From NCBI GenBank assembly GCA_054600435.1, contig BAAIJX010000004.1, positions 248,001 to 312,000 of the forward strand: 64,000 nt of DNA, read 5' to 3'. Both the position numbers and the translations under genes were made by a program. How positions within the stretch are numbered: position 1 is the first letter of the stretch; every line of letters begins with the position of its first letter. The notes below the pieces were generated by a model, which did not search any database, had not been told where the DNA came from, and saw only the letters and a program-made list of their open reading frames with translations. Source of the DNA: Neophaeotheca triangularis (lineage: Eukaryota). Shown piece after piece: positions 12,645 through 24,906 of the stretch.

Positions 12645-15600
12645 CTAAACCACTATTGAGTTCTCCTCATCCTACATTTCCTCCGCAAGCTCCTCCCATC
12701 CTACTAGTATAGCTCCCCTCTTTCCTTCATCCTGCGGCGGTAGAGCGGAGCCAGAACTTTCCGAATAGTAGAACGACTTGTTCTGAAACACCCTTTTCTC
12801 TTCGTCTCGCTAATATGCCTAGGCGAGCTCGTACGTCTTAACAGCGTCATCCCGGATTTCCTAAATGTACTTCCGGACGTGACGCGGGCTCTCCGTAGTA
12901 ATAGTGCGTAGCACTTGCTAGACGTCGGGGCTCGTGTACCGCAATTCGCCGATAGCTACTCTAGATAAGGCATCCTGTGCCGCTAGATGTGGGGTCGCGG
13001 GAAACAGTGCACGAGGAGCTCTATACTTAGCAGTATAACCGGAGGCACTTAACGGGCTAGGCACGAAGTCGCGGTGTGTAGCAGTAATGTCGCTCCACTT
13101 TCTACTAGCGGCATTCTAAAGGTACTCATGGTCTCGGTCGATTCCTACGAACTAGGGTAGGACGGTCATACGTTAGCGAACGGCTTTTGACGTAGTAGTG
13201 CTATAGGGTAGGCGTGGATTAGAAACGCGAACTTCGAAGGCCTTATAAGGGACTAGCTGCCACTTCAAACCCCGGGCTGAGAGCTAGTCTTTCGGCAGGT
13301 TCGCGTCGTCGACAGCCATAATCTCTTTTTTATGGTCCAGGTTGTTAGCGACGAGGAAGTTCGTCTACTCCTCTAGGCGCCGGTATATCCCCTTGACCAC
13401 TATAGTACAGTCGTCCTTAAACTCATTAAGGATGCTAACGCTACCCTAAATGGTGTACACGCCGGTACTGTTGTTCTATGCAAACACCGGGTTCAAATCG
13501 ATGTGCCTGAATCTAGTAGAGTCCCTAGGGTACTAGTTCTTAGTGTAATATAGGTAGGACACTAGCTAAAGTAGGCCGTCATCGCGTAAGAGAGCATATA
13601 GCAAGATCAGCACTAGGCTCTAGTAAAGGTACTGTTGAATCAGGCTGTAGTACATGTTCCTACACCAGTCCTAGTTAGACATGTTGTTTTGTAGGTAGGC
13701 GTCGTATATGCTGAACTCGCTTTTGATCAGGTCCTTAACCTCTAGTAGCTCGGGGAATAAATCCGGAATGTTAATGGTGCCGTTCTTTTCCCATTCTTTA
13801 CGCTAGGCGATAGTGACGCCGAGTCCTTCTACAATTATCGCTTTCTAGTCCGTGTCGAGGTAGCGTATCACGCCGGATTCTACCGGTTTGTACGCGAAAG
13901 TCTCCAAGTTATCAACGTCGGCCGAGATCCCTAGTAGACGTTAGACTTCGGTGTTTAGAAACTAGCGGATGTAGCCACGAACGACGTTTTTCCAGGATTG
14001 CTTTAGGAGCCTCGCGATGTAGAAGATGTAGTTATTAGTCGTCTTAGTATCTTTCCCTTAAATAACTAACCCAAGACTCTACGCTACTAGCCTCCGGTAG
14101 GTCGCGTACACGCTATAGTAGTAGGCACTATAGCTAGCGTATAAGTCTATACGATCCCTGTCTTCTACGACAATACGGAAACCGGTTCGCTAGTCGTTGT
14201 CGGCCTTAAGCATAACCCGTAACCATGGTAGGGCTATCTTGTCTACCTCACACGTGTATCGGCCGCTACGGAGACTACTGTATGCGGCATTGCTAGTAAA
14301 CTAGGCCACCATGACTACTCGGATCTCCTCCGGCGTCGGAGAGGGCAACTCGCTAAGCTAGGGTCCTCGTACTACTCGTGTTAGGGCTGTACCTAGGGGC
14401 GTAGCTGACATGCCCGGGGGCGGAGCTGACGTTCCTACACTAGCGGACCGGGCATGAGTACGAGTACGAAGGGCTAAGGCAGTAGATATAGGCGTAGGCG
14501 AGGGTTGCGGTAGCTAGTGATACCCCTAGAGCTAGCGACGAAGCTCCTCCGACGTAGACACTATAGATACTACATCCTCCTCAATCGTAGGCATTAGTGG
14601 TATGCTAGTGTTTCGAGATCGCAGCTGTCCTATAGGGCTCGGGGAGACAGTGCTAACGAAGCGCCCTTCTCGTCGTGGGGTCTCTAGGGCTTTAGGTGTC
14701 GTTAGGGTAGCGGGACGGGTAAGGAAAGAGAGCTAGCTATCCTGTCCTTAGTATAGGGCGAGGTCGTTCGGGCGCATCTTTTTGTATTTGTCGACCAGCT
14801 CCCCTACCATGTTCTATAGCTCGTCAGTAGTCCGCTTAGTCGCAAACTTAGATACCTAGTCTGTGCCTACCGCGTGATCAAAGTCAGCCTTGGTGTAGAA
14901 GAACGCGCGGAGTAGTTTCCCTTTTCCACTAGTCGGTTGACCTGTAGGAGTTTCTTTGACAAGTCTACGTATGGTCTAGATGCTAGCGGCAGCACGTAGC
15001 TTCCGGAACGTCTACTCGGATGCCTAGGCATATTTAGCGAGATCAACGAATCCTCGGGACACATTCTCCGGAGCCATAAAGATATAGTCAATAGTTTCCG
15101 AATTAATGGCTTTAGCGGCATTGACCGGCCCGCATAAAGAGAGGAAGTTCTCCTTTCGAGTAATACGCGGGTCACAACGGCTACAGGTAGCCATGTCTTT
15201 AACCTTCCTAAACTCAGCTCTTTTCGGGGCCCACGTAGGGTCGCTTTATGCGTAGTCATCTACTATGTACGCCAACATGTCCTAGTCTTCGCCTACTTCA
15301 TGTACTGTCTTAAGTATAGCGAGCTATGTAGTATCTCGGGCGCGTGAGTTAGTCATAGCAGTGATCTTTTATAGCATCTCCTTCATAGTGTTTTCAAGCT
15401 ATACCCTAGAAATGCTCAAGGTGTATCGCTACGTGTCGAGTGTTAGAGCTCCCTATTCGCTAGTCGCTCCTTGGGTTTAGTAGACGCTTAACTAGTCGGT
15501 AGACCTTACTGCCATAGTGTTATTAGGCGCGGGCGTAGTCGCGGGCGCGGCTAAGGTAGTAGTAGGGCGCGTAGTGGCCTAGCTGCTATGAGTGAGGCGA

Positions 15601-15701
15601 GGGCTTTTAGGAGCTACTAGTTCATTCGAACTACCTAACCCGGAGCCGGCTTAGGAACCTATACGTGGGCGCTTCGGAGTAGCTACTTACTTAGGTGCTA
15701 T
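12645..15701 (-). pseudogene. Element B cargo gene: ~1,018-codon ORF with C-terminal 2OG-Fe(II) dioxygenase-like (PhyH/clavaminate-synthase fold) domain, RIP-inactivated
   Basis: One unbroken frame from ATA(=ATG) 15701 with only TAA/TAG stops. De-RIP: WCRNMYHSLIQQ..SYPYYTK..GDSTGFRHIDLN..IQGSVSILDE..CTIVVKGMH..VPC..EVRVSNPRLPHG..R.TVLPWFVGI. FRHIDLN is intact as sequenced at ~13491-13511. 3' end approximate. Confidence 0.8.
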
Positions 15702-16335
15702 GGTTAGCAATCTTGATCTTAACTATAGGAAAAAGAGAGAGAGAGAGATATGAAAGTAAGGAGAAGAAGAAAAGTAGAGTTAGTTGCTCCGTGTGTCGCG
15801 CGCTGAGATGTGTCGGGTGTCGGTGTCGGTATCAGTGTTAAAGTGAAAAGGTGTTAGTAAAGTCGTAGGTTTAGGAGAATGTAAAGTAAGGAAGTAGGTG
15901 TAGGCACTAAAGGACGGAGGTGTCGGAGTAGTAGGTGCTAGAGATATCGACAAGGTTAAAGAGGTCGTAAAGGTCGGGGGGAGTAGCTACTTCAAGGCTT
16001 GTCTAGAAGTGAAGCTGAACTACTCGAAGGTTCTCGTAGTAGTGCTGACAACAGCTAGTTAGCCGGGTATAGTGTGGTTAGTGTTGATGATGTCTCGGTG
16101 TGAGCAAGAGAAGAAGAAGTAGTAGTGGTAGTGGTTGCTGTTAGAGAGAGAGAAGAGGTAGAGGGAGCGGAGTAGGAGGGGAGGCCTCTTTTGTAGGCAG
16201 CTACGTCGGCTAGCGGAGCACGTGTCGGGCACGTGTCACGTACGTGTTACTGACTCACGCGCCGGTGATACGAGTGGTGACTACGTGTTAGACACGCGGC
16301 ATGTAACACTGAAGTGTTATGGGGCAAAGGCAATC

Positions 16336-16652
16336 ATTGTTCATAACGGTTACGAACAATGTGATGAGCTCGGCTACAACGCTAAGAATTCATAGGGTAA
16401 AGGGCCCAGCATTGTTCATAACGGTTACGAACAATGTGACGAGCCTCGTCTACACTACTAGGACTCGCGGTGTCGGGCCTAGCATTGTTCATAACGGTTA
16501 CGAACAATGTGACAGCTTCGTCTATACTGCTAAGGTGTTAGAGGTGACGGAAGGCATTGTTCATAACGGATGTGAACAATACAACGCAGCCGCGGCGATA
16601 ACACTGCACTATAGGGTGACGGGAGGCATTGTTCACAACGGTTACGAACAAT
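16336..16652. repeat. Five-copy array of the 25-bp palindrome ATTGTTCRYAACGGTTACGAACAAT, period 72-75 bp
   Basis: Copies start at 16336, 16411, 16484, 16556 and 16628; the intervening ~48-bp segments are divergent but partly related to each other. Confidence 0.92.
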
Positions 16653-16661
16653 GTGGCCACA

Positions 16662-19600
16662 CTAATCTTCATTGGACTCTAGGTCTCCAAATTGCTCGTA
16701 CTCTATTAGGTCGTACTGAATACTGGGAATCGAGACGAAACTAGCACCACTTCGCCTCGGTACCGGCGTAACATCAGTGGTCGGTTGTAACCGCTAGCTC
16801 CTATGAGGCCCTTCCTATGCAGCTAGGACGATGTCCTTAGGGTTAGACGCGTTACCCCTGGACATCGAGTGCTCTTCCGCTAGGTCCACGTTGTCCTCGT
16901 CTTACATTACGAGTACATTATTCCTTGGGTGAAACAGTTTCAACAGTCGACTAGCATACGGCTTATCTAGTACTGTCCCGTCAAGCTCCTCGAGACGGTA
17001 CGAGCCTATATTCTCCTAGACAGTTTTGACGCGATATGGACCGAGCTAGCGAGGGGAGAATTTACGGTTCGCCGTCATATTAGTATTACGCACTGAGTCG
17101 AAGAGCAATACCAGATCACCGACAGTTAGTTCCTCCGGCCTTGTCCAGTAAGTCTTATCGAAGTACTCCTTGTTGAACTCGTAGTAGCGTCGTAAGCGTA
17201 GAAGGGCTTCGTCTATCTTCTCATCCTGACGTTCGAGCTGCTTTATCCGCGCTGCCAGTAGGTCTTCCGTCGTTTGAACGCTGTTCTAGTTAATGTTGTG
17301 CTAGGTCGGGAATAACAACTCTACTAGTAGGACAGGCTCCCTACTATAGATCACGGCTACTAGAGTCATACCGGTAGTAGCTCGCACGGTAGTCCTATTA
17401 GCCTAGAGCGCGCTATAGAGTAGGTCTGGCTACGGTCGTCCGGTATCTCGACTCGCTTTAGCCAACGCATTAATGATGGTCGGGTGGCCTCGTTCTACTA
17501 TGCTATTAGCTTGGGGGTGATATAGCGAGATCGTGATGTCTTGGATACTATATCCTTCGAGTAGGACGGTAGTCTACCCTTAGTTCTCCGGGCCTCTATC
17601 ATGGACTAGTTTCCCGAACACTCCGTGTCGAGTAACGATATCCTCATAAAGGAAGCGAGCTAGCCTGCGGCTCTCAGTATTACGTAGTGGTCGGCCTTCT
17701 ACCTAGCCGGACACGTCTTCCTAGGTAAGGGCAATGTACTAGAAAGTACGGGATTCCGGCATTCGTACTAGGTCGACAGCCCACTTCCTACCCACTACGT
17801 TCATGTAGGTAGGGTGTAGTAGTTCTTCTAATCGGTTCCGTACGCGTAGCTAACACTCCCGGTAGGTTTTAACATACGCTGTGATAGTATTGTACATGCC
17901 TTCCCACTAGTACCTGTCTGCCACTTTCCGGTATGTCCCTTCTCTTCTATAGTGACTACCCTTATCGTGAAGTTCCTTTATTATTCGTAGTCGGTTCTAC
18001 TCTCCGTCTACTACGCGAGTTAATGGCTAGTTCCTATTTATGCGGCGAAATAGTTAGTCGTTATGGACTAGGAATCGCATTACTTGTCGCTTAAATGCTC
18101 GGAACTCCGATTTGGATAGGTCTATAGGCCTCCGTATAGTCGTGAGCTAGTAGGCGACATTTTACGAGTGCTTAGAGTAGGTAGAGTCGAGCACATTGTC
18201 GTCGGCAGGTTCCCCCTCCCTATCGGAAGGAGTTGAAGCTCCGTCTTCGCCGCTCGCGGACGTCAGGCCCTATACCGGGAGTAACCCTACTACATAGGTG
18301 GATCCTCGATTTTCGTTACCAGTATACGTCAGGACCGGCGCTAGGGGCAGCCCTACTGCTAAGGCCGGTGCTCTACTCCTACTAATAGTAGACGTTAGGC
18401 CTAGTGCCGGGGGTAGCCCTACCGAAATGCTGTCGAGATGGACGTCAACCTAGTCGTCGATGTCTTCAGTATTAGCCGGTCTATTAGACTTCTAGGACAG
18501 GCCGTTAGCGATGACGTTTTTCGTACTGGCGACGTGTCGCACGTCGAAATCAAATAGTTGAATCCAAGCTAGCTAGCGAGTTACTATGGCATTCGGCACG
18601 TCCGACGTAACCTTGTTGAGCTAGGTAACTAGCGTGTTGGCGTCTGTTTCGACTACAAACCTCGTACCGTAAAGGTATAGCCGTAACCTTTTAAGAGCGA
18701 TCATCAACGCCCGGTACTCGAGCTTAATAGCATCGTATTTCCGCTCGCCCTCGTTCTAGAGACTACTATCGTACCGGATAACTCGTCTTTTTCGCGCTAG
18801 CAACTTCTTGTTGTAAGCAAAGTCCCTAGCCGGTACCGCATGTATCGACCATAAGAACTAGTTGGCCTACGTCTACGCCGTATTCAACTAGGGCCACGAT
18901 CGGGAATTTCATCAGCTACTCTTTTAGGTCTGCCATTGCCGTAGCTTGTTCCGGTCCCTAGATAAAAGGCACATCTTTCTACGTAAGCGTAATAATCGGT
19001 CTCGTACGCTATACAAATCCCTAGATCAACTACTTGTAGTACGTGCACATTCTAATAAAGCTACGAGCTTCACGTAATGTGCGACACTTAGTCCACTTAG
19101 CGATAGCTTCAACCTTTAAGCGCGACGGCTTCGTACCACTAGGCGTGTATATAAAGCCGACAACCTCAAGCTCCTCGGAAAGGAAGTGCGATTTCCCTAC
19201 AGCGACAGTACATCTAGCTCGCTCTATGTCCGCGAGTAGTCGGTCTAGTTTCCGGATATGGTTGTAGACTAGGAGCCTAATACCGGGCAAAGGGTTAGGG
19301 TCGCCCTAGGAGTCACTATAGTCGCTAACAGCGACGATGTCGTCGACATATGGGACGGCGTCATGCGGATATAGTACTATGAGCATCCACATCATGACTC
19401 GGCAAAAGACGGCTACCGAGTTCGTCTAGCCCATTAGTAAGGTTGTCTGCCTTAGGAGCCCTAACGGAGTCATGATAGCTATCATGTCGCGACTTTCTTC
19501 GTGCAACCGGATTTCGTCATATCCGGAGAAAACGTTGCATAGTAAGAGGAGTGGTCTACCCGTAACATGGTAGACGAAGCTTACGAGATCCGGCGGCATC

Positions 19601-21942
19601 ATAGCGTCTCGAACTGTAACCGAATTCAGGATGGTAGCTGAGTTAATTAGCCTATGTTTGCCGTTCTTCTTTTTAACTAGAAACTAAGGATTCCGGTATT
19701 GTCCTTGGCTATACTTAAGGACACCGGCTTTCAGTCGGTCTTCTAACATCTCGACGAGCTCCCTAGATAAAGCTTTCGGCATAGGATATGTCTTGGCCTG
19801 CTAGGCTTTATAGGGTACTGTTCTCATCTTGACCGGAGGGTATACGTCTTCATAGATCATACTACACTCCTTGAAGTCCTACATAAGGGCCGGCTCACGT
19901 GCTATCAACATCGCTTCGAATAGCCGACGTTCTTCTAGTAAGAGCGTGATGTCAACTATTACTCCTACTATCCGCTCCGGGGTCAACCTATAGCCTCTTG
20001 GCTCTCGTGTGTATCGCGGTTCGAAGTGGCTATTATACTCGGAGTAAGCGATAAGATCTTTCGGTATGCTCTCAATCTAGCGCTCTATAGCTTTCTTTTG
20101 CCAATCTAACTATCTACTAGGAATCTCGGACGGGATAGCACTCGAGTCGTCGATAGGCACTACCTTGTCTGCCTTCCGTTTAGCTATAGTCATGACACTG
20201 AAATTCTCCTTTAGCGGTAAGGTAGGGTCGGAGGCGAGAGCTATAAGTTCTAAAGGTTTCACACTCTGTAAGAGCTTCACACTATCTGCTGTCGTGCTAG
20301 ACCTCTATACATAGGAGACCCTGCCTAGGGTATTGTTCGTAGCGGTTACGAATAATGCTCGGGTACTAGTCGCGGAGTCAGTAGAGCGTCTAGGTGTTAC
20401 GTGACCGGAGGTATCGTTCGCGGCGGTTACGAACAATACTCGGGTACTAGTCGCGTTATTAGTCGTCTCGCGAATGGCAGGATTGTTCGTAACGGTTATG
20501 AACAATGATTTGCTTAGTTCTCGGTAGGTATCGGCGGTAGCAATCGAACCTACTTGTCCGCCCTACCTTTTAACAAACGAATAGAGGACGCGCCCCGATC
20601 TACACGTACTGCGTGTATACTAACACCATTAAGGGAGAAGTGGTCTCTAGCTTTGGAATCCGAACCCACTAGTCGACGAATTCCCATGCTAGGGACAAAG
20701 TCCGTAGTCGCTAAACTATCCTCGCTAGTGACCCGGTAGGTGACTTTGCCCGACGGATTCCTCCGAACTTCGAGGGAAGCACGATAGGCATACGGCTCTC
20801 CGAGGATGCAGGGTTTTGACAACTGCTCTACTACTAGTATCGGTGTGCGAATAACGACTTGGCCGACCTGAACGGGCGCATTAGGAACCTACCTAACAAA
20901 GGTGACCGCATCTCTATTCGCTACTATAATGCCCGGACTAATAGAAGGCGGCAACCTCGCAATCGGTAGTCGAGCGCGCTTAGTAACGTCTCTCGTCATG
21001 ACATTAACATCTGCGCTAGAGTCGAGGAGCATAGTTACGTCAGTCTTCCCGATCCTCATCTCGTAGACCGGGGAGTCGTTGCGATAAACTAGGTCCTCTC
21101 CCATAAGATCGTCGACGTCACGAGCGGTCATATAGAGCAACGTAGTGTTCAATGCGGTAGCATTCCGTTAACGCCTATCGACCGAATCATGAGCTGCGGT
21201 AACAGTAGGCAACACAGAAGCACCTCCGGCAGTAGACTTCTTCACTTCGCGGGCGAGACGCCGTTACATAGCGGTCATGTCTATTTCTCGCTACACATCG
21301 TCAGCTAACCCCTCGGGTAGTAGGCTAAATAGTAGCTTCTAGACACCTAGTATCTTCGCTAAGACGTCTATACGGTTTACGGTAACATCGCTGCCAAGGA
21401 GTATCTCTAGCATCGTAGCGTCATCACACTGATCCCGGACAAGGACATCGAGGAGCTTCGCACATCTCGAGGCACGCTGCTTTGTCGCTAGTAGCGACAG
21501 CCGTTACTAGTCCTCGTCATCGGTGTCCCTTTCCTCGACTAGCCGATCAATTAGCGAGTCGTAGGGAATAGTCTAGCTTCTCTCATAAGCCGCGCTGTCC
21601 ACTAGCTTCTCGTACTCGCTAGGCCTCATCACGCGGACTTTAGGAGCATCTCGCTTCTTATACACTCTCGCGTCCGGGTCTTGAACCAGCCCCGGGCTAG
21701 ATCGAGTCTACATTGGATATAAAGAGGCGTCGCCCTCATCCTCGGAGGTGTCGGAACAGGATGACGGAGGGAGTATAGTCATAAAGCGAACCGTAGGCCC
21801 TTGCGCAGCGACGGGCACGAACCGGTTCTCGCCCTATTCAATCTTCTACTTAATAGTATCGAGCCGGTTTTCCCGCGGAAGCCTTTAGAGTTCATCTCCC
21901 GGGTTCTAAACAGATCCCTATCGGATACGTCTACTACTCGGG
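16662..21942 (-). pseudogene. Element B gag 3' end / pol (protease, RT, RNase H, integrase), RIP-mutated
   Basis: LLDSSADVN (protease DSG mutated, ~21030); PYVDDI (~19345); RNase H YDA.KLE.RALM; integrase HP.ANG.VERGH and GPY motif; likely stop TAG at 16662. Confidence 0.9.
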
Positions 21943-22189
21943 TGTTACGAACACTACGCTACGCCTAGCGTACAATGAGGAATGCTTAGTGGAACCTACG
22001 GTCATAGGATAGAGCACATTCAGGTCACGTGGCGTGCTTACCTCTACTTAGTGCTTACCTTCAACTAAGCACTACTAAGTAATAGAGTAGTGCTCACCTC
22101 TACTTAGTACTCACCTTCAACTAAGCACTACTGAGTAATAGAGCAGTACTCACCTCTACTTAGTGCTTACCTTTAACTAAGCACTACGG

Positions 22190-22646
22190 TGTTACGGACA
22201 ACACACGACTAGGACAGGAAGGAAGAGATCATTGGATAAAGACTAAAAGCGCTAACGGTAGGACTCCGAGACTGAGCACACGGAGCTTGCCAAGAACTGA
22301 GCACGCCAAGAACTGAGCAGCCTCCTGCTCAGTAATGCTTAGTTGAACTGATCACTACTAACCAGTCTCGAGCACTAAGCAGCTCCTTACTTAGCGACGC
22401 TCAATGGGACTGAGCACTACTGATCAGGATGATCAACACGAATCTCTTTTGTATTTAGCTAGCGACATTTCCTAGATAGAGATTTGTGTTCAACTTATGT
22501 TACAATCTTACTAAAAGGTCTACAGCGACACTTCACGTATCTTTGAAATCCTTACGACAAAGGAAACACCCTTGCTAGCCTTCTACGATATCTCTCCTCT
22601 TCCGCTACGAGCTCTACCCGTGAGACTACCTTGTAGGATCGCAACA
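22190..22646 (+). repeat. 5' LTR of element D
   Basis: TG...CA ends; direct repeat of 28983-29439. Confidence 0.95.
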
Positions 22647-22687
22647 CTTTGAACACCCTCTAGGAAAGAGAGATCAATAGGCAAGTA

Positions 22688-24906
22688 TGTCCCCATCCGA
22701 TAACCGAGACGCAAGCGTCGCCAGCACCTAACGAGGAGTATCGACCATGGCCACTAACAAGGTTGCTAAACCGGACTACTTCTACGGCGAACGCAACAAG
22801 CTAGACGACTAGGTCAACCAGATGATGATGTTCTTTCTCATGGAAAGCGTTAGTGAGTAGAAGCAACCTCTCACTACTGCTTCTTTCCTTCGTGGAGAAG
22901 CTTAACACTGGATCCGCCCCAAGCTTACGGATTTCCTTATGGAACGAATCGACCCCGAAGGACTGTTCTCGAACTGGAAGTCTTTCGTCAAAGTCATCCG
23001 CAACGTCTATAGATTGAGCAACGATCGACAAGTTGCTATCCGAATGATTTAGCACCTCACGCAGAAAACGTCTACCTCCTAGTACACTGCCAAGTTTCAG
23101 GAGCACTTAGCCAAGACTGACTAGGACGACAACGCTCTTATGACCATGTACTACCGAGGACTCAAGGACAACGTGAAGGACGAACTCATGCGCCACGGAG
23201 GCGATTAGTCAACTCTCCCCGGTATGATCAAATCGGCGATCGAAGTTGACGACGCGCTCTACGAACGGTTTATGGAAAAACGCCACACTGGACAATTTCG
23301 CGGACGAACTGGCTATGCTACCGGCAGCCGGCCTGTCGGTCAGCAACGTCGCGATCCTGATGCGATGGAACTCGACTCTACGTAATAGCGTCCTAGGAAG
23401 GGCAGGGATGGAGGACGGGGCAAACAGAACGCCCCAGGCAAGAAACGGAACGGACCGGAATACTACAACTGCCACAAGATAGGGCACTATGCACGAGACT
23501 GCCGTGGGAAACAGATGCGCCCACGACAGGAGGTCAATGCGATTTTGACCCGACAGGATAACGACTCTCCTACTGATAAGAGCCGCGGAGCTTACGACAT
23601 CACCGGAACATACGAAGAACCGGAGCACGACGAACTTCACTAGAGGTTTTGCGAAAGGGATTACTGCTTAGTACACAAAAGTCAAGGACTAGTGACTAAC
23701 GGTATATCTACCAAACCTCGGAAGGAAGTGAACGTCATCGAACGAGTTACCCCGAAGTCCGGAACGGACGCGCTGATCGAGTAATACTAGAAGCTCAGGG
23801 AGTTTCACGATGACTTGGTTAGTCATAAGGAGTGGACTAAAGAACATTTCAACCTCATGATCTAAGTAGCCGATCAGATAGCAGATCTTAACGACAAGAT
23901 CAAGGCCACAACAGACGAAGAATCTGAGCAACTACGCAAGCCTTAGAAGGAACTCAACATAATGTCAAGACGCCGACCACTACAGTAGTCAAGAGACGAC
24001 GGCAACTCAGCCCGAGGAAGGTCCCCACCTCCATTTGCATAGGAGGACGACAAACTGCAAGAAAACCAAGCACCATCACCGATGATAGCACTACTAACAC
24101 CTGACTCAGACAACGAAGAAATATCTCAGACACCGGAACTCACTGCGATCGTACTAACACCGGAGATTAGTCCCTTGAGACTATCGATGCCTCTAGAAAT
24201 TCCAGACTCGCAAGAAGACACGACAGTGATAGATTCCGAAGACGACTCCGAATACGACTATACCGACGATGACGAACCAAACGACAACGATGTAGCAGAG
24301 TTCATTGTGCACGGACTAGGCCCAATCAAGAAAATGGTCATTCACATCGCACGGTCATATGAAGAAGTGTTCCCAGTTATCCAAGGCAAACGACGCTTGG
24401 AACCCAATCAATTCGAAGCCATGCTCACACGATTACGAGCAATGTTCTAGGACTACCGAAAGGTCGCCGTCGAGTATGACGCTGCCACCTTTGTCCAGGA
24501 TAGGCCACTAATGGGAAGCACTTTCCACGGAGAAAACGGCTACATTACGCCAGATGGGATACGGATCCCATACACGATGAGACAACGAGTCAAGACAGTC
24601 AAGAATCGTTATAGAGAATTCCAGCTCATACAGGAGCAATGGAGAGAAGAAGAAATCACGCTTCAAGAAATGAAGAAACAAGCACAGGATTCCTTGGACC
24701 AATGGACGATAGTACCACGCGAAAAATTTCTACTACTAGTCGACCGAAAGATGATTCTCGGACACATCAAAGCAACCACACGAGGACCCATCACTGTACA
24801 CGCAATCCAAGGAAAAGTTACGATCAGACCTCGGGACGGACCCCTTTATTGGGAAGTCTCTCTCGAGACAGCGGATTCATCTACCTACTTCTCAAAAAAC
24901 GAATAG
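22688..24906 (+). pseudogene. Element D gag (capsid-like region, CCHC knuckle, long C-terminal extension)
   Basis: ATG 22688; KVAKPDYFYGER; YYRGLKDNVKDEL; knuckle (C)YNCHK.GHYARDC at ~23461-23502; H..LHW.FC..D.C..H motif; RIP stops. Confidence 0.85.

Noticed and set aside
12645..15701. env gene of an errantivirus-like element
   Set aside because: The position fits, but no signal peptide, furin site or C-terminal transmembrane anchor was seen; the motifs are those of a soluble dioxygenase.
16319..16744. CRISPR array, or the 141-aa ORF spanning the palindrome array
   Set aside because: The context is a eukaryotic retrotransposon with no cas genes; spacers are partly homologous to one another; the repeat recurs in LTRs and pol. 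The + strand ORF is just the repeat read through, antisense to the element.
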